From NCBI GenBank assembly GCA_963635025.1, contig CAVHFC010000005.1, forward strand, positions 1 to 52,564: a stretch of DNA of 52,564 nt, in the 5' to 3' direction. The notes beneath the pieces were generated by a model. It searched no databases, was not told where the DNA came from, and saw nothing but the letters and a program-made list of their open reading frames with translations. This DNA comes from Eubacterium sp. CAG:786 (GTDB lineage: Bacteria > Actinomycetota > Coriobacteriia > Coriobacteriales > Eggerthellaceae). Positions 30,362 to 40,043 of this stretch are shown one piece after another. The position numbers and the translations under genes were made by a program. Numbering within the stretch: position 1 is the first letter of the stretch; each line of letters opens with the position of its first letter.

Positions 30362-33300
30362 ATGCCGGATATGAAAGAACATATTGCGTACTTGTCGCAG
30401 GAAGTCGGTCCCCGCCCGGCGGGCACCGAGGAAGAGCAGCAAGCGGCGCTCTATATTACCGAGCAGTTTCAGAAAGATGCAGGTCTTCCTGCGGCAATCG
30501 AGGACTTTAACGGCGTGGGCGATGCGGATCTGCCGCGTATGATCTGCGGCGGCGCAGCGGCTGTGTTTGCCTTGCTGTCGCTGATTGTTCCGGTGCTTGG
30601 AATCGTTGGCGTGCTGGTGTCGCTGGCGGCCGCTGTCTTGCTTGTTTGCGAGGAACTGGACAAACCTATTCTGTCGAAATTCCTCGGTCGAGGCGTAAGC
30701 CAGAATGTGGTTGCGAAGTATGATCCCGGTGCGCCGAGTGAAGGGTCGGGCTCTCGTCGCCGAAAGATAGTTATCGTTGCGCGCTACGACAGCGGTAAGG
30801 TTCGACAGGAGCTTCAGGGACCGCTTCCTCAGATGCTTCCTTTGATTATCAAGGCTTCGATTGCCGGTACTGCGGCGCTGCCGATCTTGCTTCTCATTCG
30901 GTGCGTTGCTCTGCGCAATGCTGAAGGATTTTTCCCGCTCCTTTTCACCATTTTGACGGTGGTTGCACTGCTTTTGGCGGCAGTTCCCTGCGTGATTGGT
31001 GCCCTGCATAAGGCCGCTCCTTACAACGAGGGTGCTAACAATAACGCTTCCGGCGTTGCAGCTGTGCTTGAGCTCGCCCGTCGTGTGGGTGCTGGGCGTG
31101 TGAGCGAGGCCGAACTTGCTGAGCGCGAAGACGCGATCATGCACGGTGAAGCGGCGGCGTGGGAGAACGATCTGATTCCCGAAGGCGCTGAGTTCATTTA
31201 CTCGGCCAGCGCCGATGCTTCGCGCGATTCTTCCGGCGATCTGGCCACTGCCAAAGCTGCTATTGCCGCGCTGTCCGGCAAGCCGGTGAGCGGTATGAGC
31301 GCAGAGGAAGTCGAGCGAAATCTTGAGAAGCTTGAAGCTCAGAATCGTGCTGATCAGGAAAAGGAGCTTCGTTCCCGCGAAATCGAACAGCAGGCTATTG
31401 AGCAGATGCGCGCAGATGCGGGTTATTCAGACGAGGTCGTGCCTTCCTATGCGGAGGAAGACTTCGTTGCCCAGGAGCCGCCCGCTGTCGTTGATCAACC
31501 TGAAAAGCTTGATGCAGGTGATCAGGTTGAGACCGCTTATGCGCCGGTGGAGGAACCTGTCGAGGAACGTGCACCTTCTTCGAGTGTTCCTGCATGGTTC
31601 GTGAAGGCGCAGGCTAAGGCCAAGAAGAATGCCGCTGAGGAGAAGCCGGTTCAGCGTTCTCGCTATGCTTCGGCCCTTGATGCCGCCGTTGCGGAGAGCA
31701 CTGGGCATTTTGCCCAGGCGAACAACATCGTCGAATCCGAGCTCGAGCAGACGATGGAGGCCGGTCGCGAGGTTATCCATGAGGTGAAGGCTCCCCAGTG
31801 GGCGACGATTCACCCGACCGCGCCGGAAAAAGCCAACAACGATGAGTTGAAGAGCTCTTCAGTGGAGGAACCTTCCAAACAGGAAGCTGCTCCCGCAACT
31901 GACCAAGCTGTCGCGGGTCAGGTGGTTGCCGAGTCGGCACCCGCTGCGAGCACGCAGGCTCTCGAGCCGCTCGCCGATACCGAAGAACCCCAGAAGACCA
32001 TAGAGCCCGTTTCTCAGCCTGCTCAGGTTTCCCCCGCAATCGGAAACATCCCTGAGCAGTTTGCAGACCCGTTTGCTACTGTCCAAGCTAATCCGATTGA
32101 TGTCGCCAAGCTTGATTTGGGTGAAGTACCGCCGATGGGCGATGTTCCCATGCCGTCGTTCCTGAACCCCCGTAAGGTTCAGGAGGAGACTGCCGCGAAG
32201 CAGCCCGACATTCAGCGTTCGCCGAATCGATTGAACGTCACCGATGCGAGTATCGCGTCGAACGGTGTTGTTGAAACTGCGGGTTTGGAAGCCTTTTCGG
32301 CACCGGTGCCCGACCCCGCACCGTCTCAGGCTGAGCCGTTTGCATTCGCGCCCGCTGTGCAGGCCGATCGTGCTGCGCAGACTGATGCGAAAGCCCCCGC
32401 AAACCTTACGTTGCCCGCTGTCTCCCCTCTTGATCCGGTGACGCTTCCCGAAATCGGCGTTTCCGCGGCCAATCCGGCTCCAGTTGCCGGCCTTTCGAAG
32501 CAGCGCGCTCCCCTCGCTGATGTTGAGTCGGCAGGGAAAACCGCCGCGAAGAGCCTGTTGAACATGCTTCCGACCATCGGTACGTCCGACATTGAATCTG
32601 CCGCCGAGGGCAAGAGCGAGGAAGAGGGCGCATCGAACGCGAAAGCGAACTTGCTCGCTTCTCTGCCGTCGCTTTCTGGTGCCATCAAGATGGCGGACAG
32701 CGTTGAGAACCCGTCGGTTTCAGGTCCTATCGCGTTTGCCGGCACTCCTGGCGCCACGGGAGCGTTCGCTCCGGTTACGGAGGATTTGGTGAGGGATATG
32801 GCACCTGAGGCCGATCCAGATGACCTGTACGTCGACGATGCGGACGATTCCGATTACGATGAGCATTTCACCGAGTCCGGTGCCTTTGCCGGTCCGGGCT
32901 ATATGGAGATGCCGAAGTCTCGCTTCCGTCGCTTCCTCGATCGCTTCCGTCGTTCGGACGATGTTGAAGAGGATACGCCGCAGGAATGGCTCGACGTCGA
33001 TGATCAGTTCGAAGCTCGAGCTGTTGGTAAGGCACGTGGCGGCTGGGAAAGCTTCCAGAATGAAAGCTATGTCGAAGACGGCTATGCCGACACCGATTAC
33101 CCTGCCGAAAACGGATATCAGGGCGATGATGCGGCATATGCGCAGCCTGAAGCTGCGGATGGCGCCACGCAGGCGTTTGCGCCCTACGATGCCTCTTCTA
33201 TCGACGTGGCGGACATCGCTGCCGCTCAAGGGGGCTCTCAGGCGAACGCGGTTGGCGGCGAGCAGGCTTCTCAGCAAGGCCACGATGGCGCTCAACCTAC

Positions 33301-33898
33301 CCGCCCATGGTACGGTGGTGCTTTCTCCACGCGACGCATGGAGCAAAGCAACCTGGATTCCGAGACAATTTCCGAAGAGGCTGCGGAAGCCGCCGCCGCG
33401 ACCGTTTCCCAGGATGTTGACGACGAGCTCAATCAGATTTACCAGTTCCGCAATCCCGACATCAAGACCGAGGTTTGGTTTGTGGCCCTTGGCTCAGAAC
33501 TGGTGCGGAACGCTGGCATGAAGGCGTTCGTTGAAGCTCATGCGAACGAGTTGCGAGGGGCTTTCATCGTGGAAGTTGACGCATTGGGTGCGGGCGAGCT
33601 GAGCATCATCGAGCGTGAAGGCACGCTCAAGCCCTCGCGCACGTCCTCTCGTATGAAGCGCTATATTCGCAAGGCCTCTCAGGCCAGTGGTGTCAAGCTT
33701 GGCAACGCTTCCATCCTTTGGGAGGAAAGTGCTGCCTCATACGCGACGAAACACGGCTTACAGGCTATGCATTTGGCTGGAATGAAGGACGGAAAACCTG
33801 CTTATCTGGGTCAGCAGGACGATGTTGCCGAGAACATTGAAGATGCGAAGATGGAGAGCAGTCTGCGATTCCTTATGGAGTTGTTAAAGAATATCTAG
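30362..33898 (+). CDS. Membrane protein with split, degenerate M28 peptidase-like domain and large acidic disordered insert
   Basis: GPRPAGTEEE, QNVVAK, VARYDS, GANNNASG; C-terminal EVWFVALGSE...EVDALG; about four TM helices; about 750-aa A/E/P/D-rich insert. Confidence 0.75.
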   Translation: MPDMKEHIAYLSQEVGPRPAGTEEEQQAALYITEQFQKDAGLPAAIEDFNGVGDADLPRMICGGAAAVFALLSLIVPVLGIVGVLVSLAAAVLLVCEELDKPILSKFLGRGVSQNVVAKYDPGAPSEGSGSRRRKIVIVARYDSGKVRQELQGPLPQMLPLIIKASIAGTAALPILLLIRCVALRNAEGFFPLLFTILTVVALLLAAVPCVIGALHKAAPYNEGANNNASGVAAVLELARRVGAGRVSEAELAEREDAIMHGEAAAWENDLIPEGAEFIYSASADASRDSSGDLATAKAAIAALSGKPVSGMSAEEVERNLEKLEAQNRADQEKELRSREIEQQAIEQMRADAGYSDEVVPSYAEEDFVAQEPPAVVDQPEKLDAGDQVETAYAPVEEPVEERAPSSSVPAWFVKAQAKAKKNAAEEKPVQRSRYASALDAAVAESTGHFAQANNIVESELEQTMEAGREVIHEVKAPQWATIHPTAPEKANNDELKSSSVEEPSKQEAAPATDQAVAGQVVAESAPAASTQALEPLADTEEPQKTIEPVSQPAQVSPAIGNIPEQFADPFATVQANPIDVAKLDLGEVPPMGDVPMPSFLNPRKVQEETAAKQPDIQRSPNRLNVTDASIASNGVVETAGLEAFSAPVPDPAPSQAEPFAFAPAVQADRAAQTDAKAPANLTLPAVSPLDPVTLPEIGVSAANPAPVAGLSKQRAPLADVESAGKTAAKSLLNMLPTIGTSDIESAAEGKSEEEGASNAKANLLASLPSLSGAIKMADSVENPSVSGPIAFAGTPGATGAFAPVTEDLVRDMAPEADPDDLYVDDADDSDYDEHFTESGAFAGPGYMEMPKSRFRRFLDRFRRSDDVEEDTPQEWLDVDDQFEARAVGKARGGWESFQNESYVEDGYADTDYPAENGYQGDDAAYAQPEAADGATQAFAPYDASSIDVADIAAAQGGSQANAVGGEQASQQGHDGAQPTRPWYGGAFSTRRMEQSNLDSETISEEAAEAAAATVSQDVDDELNQIYQFRNPDIKTEVWFVALGSELVRNAGMKAFVEAHANELRGAFIVEVDALGAGELSIIEREGTLKPSRTSSRMKRYIRKASQASGVKLGNASILWEESAASYATKHGLQAMHLAGMKDGKPAYLGQQDDVAENIEDAKMESSLRFLMELLKNI

Positions 33899-34025
33899 CG
33901 GCCGAAATAGGCATGTAACCGTCTGACGTGGGAATTAGCCTATAATATCCACGCTACAGAACGAATAGCGCATGGGTCTTAAAGTGAGAGCCATGCGCTT
34001 CCTATTAGCAAGGAGAGGTTTTACC

Positions 34026-34175
34026 ATGGCAATTGAGGCATACTGCGTAAAGTGCAAGGCCAAGAAAATCATGAAGGATCCTGTTGAGGGCCTCACTAAG
34101 AACGGTAAGCCGATCACGAAGGGCAAATGCCCTGATTGCGGCACGACCATCTGTCGGATCGGTGCTACCAAATAG
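34026..34175 (+). CDS. Small basic zinc-ribbon protein (DUF5679-like)
   Basis: MAIEAYCVKCK...KGKCPDCGTTICRIG, 49 aa; SD AGGAGAGG; hairpin at 34201-34223. Confidence 0.8.
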   Translation: MAIEAYCVKCKAKKIMKDPVEGLTKNGKPITKGKCPDCGTTICRIGATK

Positions 34176-34275
34176 CATATTGTTCGCATGACATTCGATT
34201 GATGCCCGCCCTGCGCGGGCATCGCTTGTTTTCAAGCGGGAAATTTTCGTCAGCAATCAAGGGAAAGGATGCGTT

Positions 34276-35619
34276 ATGAATTCCGATAAGATCGACCTGT
34301 ATGAGAATTTCAGGAAAGTCAACGCCATCGATTCGTCGAAATACAAGCAGTACGACGTAAAGCGCGGTCTGCGTAACGCTGATGGCACTGGAGTTCTGGC
34401 GGGATTGACCGGCATTTCGAACGTTCACGGTTATGTGATGTCGGATGGGGAAAAGAAGGCCGATAAGGGCGAGTTGCGCTTGCGTGGATACGACCTGTAT
34501 GACCTGCTGGGGGTAGATGCGGCGGACAAACGCCTCAACTATGAGGAAGTTTCTTATTTGCTGCTTATGGGCGAACTTCCCACGCAAGAGCAGCTTGATG
34601 GTTATGTCGCGGCCATCGATGCGCAACGTGAGCTGCCGGACGGCTTCACGGCGTCGATGATCATGCGAGACACGCCGCCCGATATCATGAACGTGATCGC
34701 GCGCACGATCCTTTTGCTTTACGCCTACGACACTAACGCCGAAGACCGTTCGATTGAGCACGAGATCAACACCGCTATCTCTCTCATCTCGAGGCTTCCC
34801 CGCATTACCGTGTTGACGTACTATGCCATTCGCTCGCGCTACAACAACGATTCAATGATCATGCATCGTTTTATCCCGGGTCAATCGACCGCGGAAACCA
34901 TCCTGTCCATGCTGCGCCCTGACCGCCAGTTCACGCCTGAAGAGGCGCGCATGCTCGATATTATGTTGTGTTTGCACGCCGAGCATGGCGGCGGCAACAA
35001 TTCTTCGTTCACAACTCATGTGCTGACCTCTGCGGACACCGACCCATATTCCGTTTATGCGGCTGCGGTGAGCTCCCTGAAGGGTCGCAAACACGGCGGG
35101 GCGAACCATCAGGTGCTGGCAATGCAGAAGGAGATCAAGGAGAACGTCGGAAACTGGGAAAACGATGACGAAGTTGCCGACTATCTTGCGAAGATCGTGA
35201 ACAAGCAGGCGTATGACCATACGGGCTTGGTATACGGTATGGGCCATGCGGTCTACACGCTTTCCGACCCCCGTGCGGTGATTTGCAAGCAGTTTGCCGA
35301 GAAGCTTGCGGCCGGAACCGAATTTGAGGCGGAGCTCAACCTGCTGAAATCCATCGAGCGCCTTGCTCCAGAGGTCATCCTGCGCGAGAAGGGCACTAAG
35401 AAGGATATGTGCGCGAACGTAGACATGTATTCCGGTTTTGTGTATTCGATGCTGGGCATCCCCGAGGACCTGTTCACTCCCCTGTTCGCTTGCGGGCGTA
35501 TTTCCGGTTGGGCTGCACATCGCTTTGAGGAAATCGCCTCAGGTAAGCGCATTATCCGGCCTGCATACAAGTCCATCTACAGCGAGAAGCGCGAATATGT
35601 CCCGATGGAGAAGCGTTAG
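34276..35619 (+). CDS. gltA: Citrate synthase
   Basis: AEHGGGNNS, HGGAN, GMGHAVY..SDPR, NVDMYSG, RISGWAAH, IIRP. Confidence 0.93.
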   Translation: MNSDKIDLYENFRKVNAIDSSKYKQYDVKRGLRNADGTGVLAGLTGISNVHGYVMSDGEKKADKGELRLRGYDLYDLLGVDAADKRLNYEEVSYLLLMGELPTQEQLDGYVAAIDAQRELPDGFTASMIMRDTPPDIMNVIARTILLLYAYDTNAEDRSIEHEINTAISLISRLPRITVLTYYAIRSRYNNDSMIMHRFIPGQSTAETILSMLRPDRQFTPEEARMLDIMLCLHAEHGGGNNSSFTTHVLTSADTDPYSVYAAAVSSLKGRKHGGANHQVLAMQKEIKENVGNWENDDEVADYLAKIVNKQAYDHTGLVYGMGHAVYTLSDPRAVICKQFAEKLAAGTEFEAELNLLKSIERLAPEVILREKGTKKDMCANVDMYSGFVYSMLGIPEDLFTPLFACGRISGWAAHRFEEIASGKRIIRPAYKSIYSEKREYVPMEKR

Positions 35620-35740
35620 CTTCCATATTGTTCTGAGGGGTTGAAAGCGATGCTACGAGCCGAGGAACGCCTCGGCTCGCTTGGTTTTAAGGGCTTTGAG
35701 AGCGAAAAAGAAAAACGCCCTGAAGCGGGCGTGTGATTTG

Positions 35741-35828
35741 TGGCGGAGGAAGTAGGATTCGAACCCACGGAACCTTGCGGCTCAACAGTTTTCAAGACTG
35801 CCGCCTTCAACCACTCGGCCATTCCTCC
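35741..35828 (-). tRNA. tRNA-Ser(TGA)
   Basis: GGAGGAATGGCCGAGTGG...CT-TGA-AA...GGTTCGAATCCTAC...GCCA. Confidence 0.95.
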
Positions 35829-35862
35829 TTGAACGTAGGTAGGATACCATATAATGGAAATT

Positions 35863-36369
35863 ATGGATGATGAAGAATACATGCGGATGGCGCTTGAAGA
35901 GGCGCATCGCGCTTATCAGCTTGGAGAAGTCCCTATCGGGGCTGTCGTGGTGTATCACCCTATCGATCCTGCTACGCGTCGTTATCTTGCTGAACCGCGG
36001 GTGATAGCGAGGGCTTGCAATGTTCGCGAGACCCAGCAAGATCCAGCGGGTCATGCCGAGTTCGTTGCTATGAAAATGGCAGCGTGTGAGCTTGGGGTGT
36101 GGAGGCTTACGGGCTGCACGGTGTATGTGACGCTCGAACCATGCGTGATGTGCGCCGGATTGATGCACCAGGCTCGTATAAGCCGTTGCGTGTATGGGGC
36201 CTCGGATCCTAAAGCGGGCGCGCTGGGCACGCTGTACAGCATCAACGAAGACTCTCGTTTGAACCATACGTTCGAGGTAACCTCCGGGGTGCATGAAGAG
36301 GAATGCGCTTCGCTTCTCAAACAGTTCTTTTCTGAACGAAGAAAGAAAGGGCGAAAGAATAATGCCTGA
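35863..36369 (+). CDS. tadA: tRNA adenosine(34) deaminase TadA
   Basis: GEVPIGAVVV, HAE, TLEPCVMC, DPKAGA; start MDDEEYM lies 7 nt after TATAAT at 35850-35855. Confidence 0.93.
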   Translation: MDDEEYMRMALEEAHRAYQLGEVPIGAVVVYHPIDPATRRYLAEPRVIARACNVRETQQDPAGHAEFVAMKMAACELGVWRLTGCTVYVTLEPCVMCAGLMHQARISRCVYGASDPKAGALGTLYSINEDSRLNHTFEVTSGVHEEECASLLKQFFSERRKKGRKNNA

Positions 36370-37390
36370 TCAGAACAAAATATTGCAGGATGTTTCACGT
36401 GAAACATCGCCGTGGAACAATATCGACATGCTTGATGTTGCACGCGTTGCTCAAAAGGTTGACGAGCGAGATTTTCTTGGTGGTGGCTCTTTGAAGCTTA
36501 TAGCACCAGCTAAGGTGAACCTGCTTTTGCATGTGAAGGGTCGCCGAGCTGATGGATACCATCTCGTGGATACCACCATGCATGCTCTGATGTTGCATGA
36601 CGTGCTTCGAATGAAGACCGAACATGTTGATGGTTTGCCAGTCCATTTGACAACAAGGGCATTCGAAGGCCTGCCGGATTTGGATGTTCCGCCGGAGAAG
36701 AATATCGTTTATAAAGCCATTACGAGACTTGCGGATGCTGTTGGCCACACGCTTGGAGAAGGCGAGACGGTACGCGTGCACATCGAGAAGCATATTCCTG
36801 CACAAGCTGGCTTGGGCGGGGGCTCATCAGATGCTGCGGCAGCGCTGGTGGGTGCTGCAAGATTATGGGGCATAGACAAGGATGATGCGCGTATCGAAGA
36901 GGTAGCAGCGACGCTCGGTGCCGATGTACCCTTCTTCTTGCGGGGCGGCTGTGCGGAATACGATGGTGTTGGCGAGCATTTTGTTCGCGAGTTACAGCCT
37001 ATGGGAAACTATATCGTATTGGCGAAGCCGGAAGGCGGCGTTTCCACTGCGCAATCTTATCGTCTGTTCGACGAAAACCCCGTCACGATACCGGCTCAGG
37101 ACTGCGAGGATGCGTGCAAAGCGAATCGGGCGCAAGATGTTCCCTTGCGAAACAATATGGCAGCCGCATCAGAAAAGCTGTTGCCAGCGATTGCGGACGT
37201 TCGTACGTTCCTTTCGGCGCAAGAAGACGTTCAGGCTGCAATGATGTCGGGAAGCGGAGCGGCGGTGTTTGCGCTTTGCGACTCGCTTGATGTCGCCACG
37301 GCCGTTGCAAGCAAGGCTCAAGCTAAGGGATGGTGGGCGCGTACGACAACCTTCAGCCCTATTCGTGCGGCAATTGCTCCGAATCGATAG
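36362..37390 (+). CDS. ispE: 4-diphosphocytidyl-2-C-methyl-D-erythritol kinase (N-terminal extension; start uncertain)
   Basis: APAKVNL, GYH, KHIPAQAGLGGGSSDAA, GADVPFF, MSGSG. Confidence 0.93.
   Translation: MPDQNKILQDVSRETSPWNNIDMLDVARVAQKVDERDFLGGGSLKLIAPAKVNLLLHVKGRRADGYHLVDTTMHALMLHDVLRMKTEHVDGLPVHLTTRAFEGLPDLDVPPEKNIVYKAITRLADAVGHTLGEGETVRVHIEKHIPAQAGLGGGSSDAAAALVGAARLWGIDKDDARIEEVAATLGADVPFFLRGGCAEYDGVGEHFVRELQPMGNYIVLAKPEGGVSTAQSYRLFDENPVTIPAQDCEDACKANRAQDVPLRNNMAAASEKLLPAIADVRTFLSAQEDVQAAMMSGSGAAVFALCDSLDVATAVASKAQAKGWWARTTTFSPIRAAIAPNR
36391..36406. promoter_or_regulatory. parS: parS site within the 5' end of ispE
   Basis: GA-TGTTTCACGTGAAACA-TC; reads DVSRET in frame. Confidence 0.9.
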
Positions 37391-37402
37391 AAAGCGGCAG
37401 CT

Positions 37403-37762
37403 ATGATCGTCCGTCTTGTTCGTGCTCTACCTCTCGTTGTCGCTCTGGCTCTCATTGCGGGCGTGGTATATATCGTTGCTTCCTGGCGCTCTTCACCGGC
37501 GCGAGCAAAAGAGTTGCTTATCAAGATATTCACGGTACTGAATGGAGCGCTGTGCGTCTTCTTTGGCATCGCGACGTTATATGCGTTGGGAGAGGCGAAC
37601 ACGGACGTCATGGACTTGACGCTCACGTTTTTGGTTGCTGCGGCCATCGCGCTTATCATCACGCGCATCTGCCGTAGGGTGTTCCTGAAGCATAATCCCG
37701 CGTACAAGGTAAAGCCGGTAAAGGCAAAGAAGATTCGTCGTTGGCCCTGGGAGCGAAAGTAA
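37403..37762 (+). CDS. Small hypothetical membrane protein (3 TM, basic C-terminal tail)
   Basis: Three hydrophobic helices; directly after ispE. Confidence 0.7.
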   Translation: MIVRLVRALPLVVALALIAGVVYIVASWRSSPARAKELLIKIFTVLNGALCVFFGIATLYALGEANTDVMDLTLTFLVAAAIALIITRICRRVFLKHNPAYKVKPVKAKKIRRWPWERK

Positions 37763-37807
37763 CGAAGGCAAAAGAAAACCCCTGCCGAAGCAGGGGTTGA
37801 AGCGCCG

Positions 37808-37898
37808 TGGCGGAGAAGTAGGGATTCGAACCCTAGATACGCTTGTGGCGTATACTCACTTAGCAGGCGAGCACCTTCGGCCTCTCGGTCACTTCTCC
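37808..37898 (-). tRNA. tRNA-Ser(GCT)
   Basis: GGAGAAGTGACCGAGAGG...CT-GCT-AA...GGTTCGAATCCC...GCCA; terminator hairpin near 37771-37800. Confidence 0.95.
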
Positions 37899-37964
37899 AC
37901 GAAATAATTGGTGCGGTTTGCTATGATACCGTGACTGGCCTTAAGTTGCAAGGAGCATTTCGCC

Positions 37965-39992
37965 ATGCTGCCTATGACATCACAAATCGACAACTCCTGC
38001 CGCTCGGTAAAGGGTTTGAATCGACGTTATCTGCTTTATGTTGTCCAGCTGACGATGATTGCCATCATCGTAAGTTTAGCGGCATCTCCACTGCGTGCTG
38101 ACGCGAAATCTTACACGATGCCCAACGTTGAAATCGACGCACAGCTTGAAACGGATGGTTCGCTGCATGTGGTCGAGCAGCGCACGTTCGAGTTCGAGGG
38201 ATCGTATTCCGCGGTTTGGTGGACATTCGGCCTTCTGCCGACGAATGCCGAGGTTGCCATCAACGGCGTCCGAACTGTCTCCCTTGATGATGACGGCGAC
38301 GCGGCGCCAGGGGAAATGAAGCTGTTGGAAAGCGTTCCCTTCGACTTGAAATGGCGCGAAGAAGGCAGCCCTGGCAAGGATTCCTATTCGATGGACTCCC
38401 CTTCCAACACCGTGTACGTGTTCTTCGGAAGCGAACCGCATTGCATTGTCGTGGAGCTTGACTACACCATCACGAATATGGCTCAGGTATACGACGACGT
38501 GACCGAGGTGTACTGGCAGTACCTTGGCTCGCAATGGTCGTCCGACTCCTGCAACGTGACGGCGACCCTTCAGCTCCCCCTGCCCCAAGGTGCGGTGGTG
38601 GAGCCGGCGAAGAACGTGTACGCATGGGGTCACGGTCCGTTGGATGGCACCGTTGCGATACATGACGACGCGTCGGTGGTATGCGACGTAGCGAAGGTGA
38701 AATCCGGGGAGTATGCCGAGATGCGCGTGCTTATTCCCTCGACATGGCTGACGAACCTGTCGCTGAAATCGCTGCGCCTTCATGATGGCGAGCAGCGGCT
38801 CGATACCGTGCTTTCCGAAGAAAAGGTTTGGGCTGACAAGGCAAACTCGCAGCGAATGATGTCGCTGGCTTTCATGATCGCCTGTGCTGCGGTGTGCGTG
38901 ATCGCCATCGTGGTTGCACTGGTGCTCTACTTCAAATACGGCAAGGAATACACCCCTGAATTCAAGAATAAGTATCTCGACGAGGTTCCGGAAAAGGGAA
39001 TCCATCCGGCGGTTGCTGGGCGTCTGTGGCGTTGGAACCGGGAAAACGCAAGCGATTTGACGGCAACCATCATGCATCTGTGCCAGCTTGGGGCCGTGCG
39101 GGTTGAAGCTGGATCGTATCGGGCTTCCAATAAAGACGGGTCAACGGAAGAAAGGGAAGATTACTGCATCACGCGCTTGGTGCAGCCGTCGTCTCTCGAA
39201 GATCCGATCGATCGCGCTGCTATGAGGCTTTTATTCGATCGCGTTGCCAACGGACAGGAATCGTTCTGGTTCGGCGGCATCGAAAAGTACGCGAAAACGC
39301 ACTCGAAGGAAATGGTAACCGCCATGACCGATTGGCAAACTGCTATCTCCGCCGAGGTTGCGCGTCGCGGCTTCTTCGAGGAGAAAGGCGAGCGCTTCCA
39401 GAAGGTTCTCTGGGTGGTGGCGGGCGTTTTGTTTGTGGCAAGCTGCATCATTTGGCTCGACATGGATAACGCCTTGGTTTTCGCGTTCTCCATTCCCACG
39501 TCTTTGGCGCTTGCGGTTATCGGTAACTACATGCCGCGCCGCAGCCGGGAAGGAAACGAGCTTGTTGCGCGTTGCAAAGCGTTGCGCAACTGGTTGCGGG
39601 ATTTCGGCTCGCTCGAGAATCGACAACAGCTCGAAGAGCTGCACTGGGATGAGCTGATGGTGCTTGCCTATGTGTTCGGCGTGTCGAAGAACGCCATGGA
39701 GCAGCTTCGCTATGCGGCGCCGCAGGCGCTGGGTGGGTCCACCTCGTCGCGCCATGCGGGCATCCCCTGGTGGGCTTGGTATATGGAAGATTCGATTTGC
39801 ATGGACTCGGGCAAGAAGAGCCTTTTGCAGCCGAGCGCATTCTTGACGAAGTCGATCGACGCCGCCTACAACACCGCATACGAGGCGCAGCAGGCGGCCA
39901 GCGGCGGCTCGTCAAGCGGCAGCGGCGCGGGCGGCAGTTTCTCGAGCGGCGGTGGCGGCGGATTCGGTGGCGGTGGCGGCGGCGCCCGCTAA
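37965..39992 (+). CDS. DUF2207-family membrane protein
   Basis: Signal peptide; DGSLHVVEQRTFEF, YWQYLG, WGHGPL; TMs; WDELMVLAYVFG; Gly/Ser-rich tail GGGGGFGGGGGGAR. Confidence 0.85.
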   Translation: MLPMTSQIDNSCRSVKGLNRRYLLYVVQLTMIAIIVSLAASPLRADAKSYTMPNVEIDAQLETDGSLHVVEQRTFEFEGSYSAVWWTFGLLPTNAEVAINGVRTVSLDDDGDAAPGEMKLLESVPFDLKWREEGSPGKDSYSMDSPSNTVYVFFGSEPHCIVVELDYTITNMAQVYDDVTEVYWQYLGSQWSSDSCNVTATLQLPLPQGAVVEPAKNVYAWGHGPLDGTVAIHDDASVVCDVAKVKSGEYAEMRVLIPSTWLTNLSLKSLRLHDGEQRLDTVLSEEKVWADKANSQRMMSLAFMIACAAVCVIAIVVALVLYFKYGKEYTPEFKNKYLDEVPEKGIHPAVAGRLWRWNRENASDLTATIMHLCQLGAVRVEAGSYRASNKDGSTEEREDYCITRLVQPSSLEDPIDRAAMRLLFDRVANGQESFWFGGIEKYAKTHSKEMVTAMTDWQTAISAEVARRGFFEEKGERFQKVLWVVAGVLFVASCIIWLDMDNALVFAFSIPTSLALAVIGNYMPRRSREGNELVARCKALRNWLRDFGSLENRQQLEELHWDELMVLAYVFGVSKNAMEQLRYAAPQALGGSTSSRHAGIPWWAWYMEDSICMDSGKKSLLQPSAFLTKSIDAAYNTAYEAQQAASGGSSSGSGAGGSFSSGGGGGFGGGGGGAR

Positions 39993-40043
39993 ACAGCCCG
40001 CTAAACGAAGCCCGTTGGGCAAAACCCGATGGAAAGGATGCGC

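Noticed and set aside
35620..35740. Hairpins after gltA as SRP RNA or another ncRNA
   Set aside because: No SRP helix-8 motif; the two hairpins are adequately explained as terminators of convergent gltA and tRNA-Ser.
35741..35828. Long-variable-arm tRNA with TGA as a possible selenocysteine or suppressor tRNA
   Set aside because: Anticodon UGA reads the Ser codon UCA; tRNA-Sec has anticodon UCA and a longer acceptor stem.
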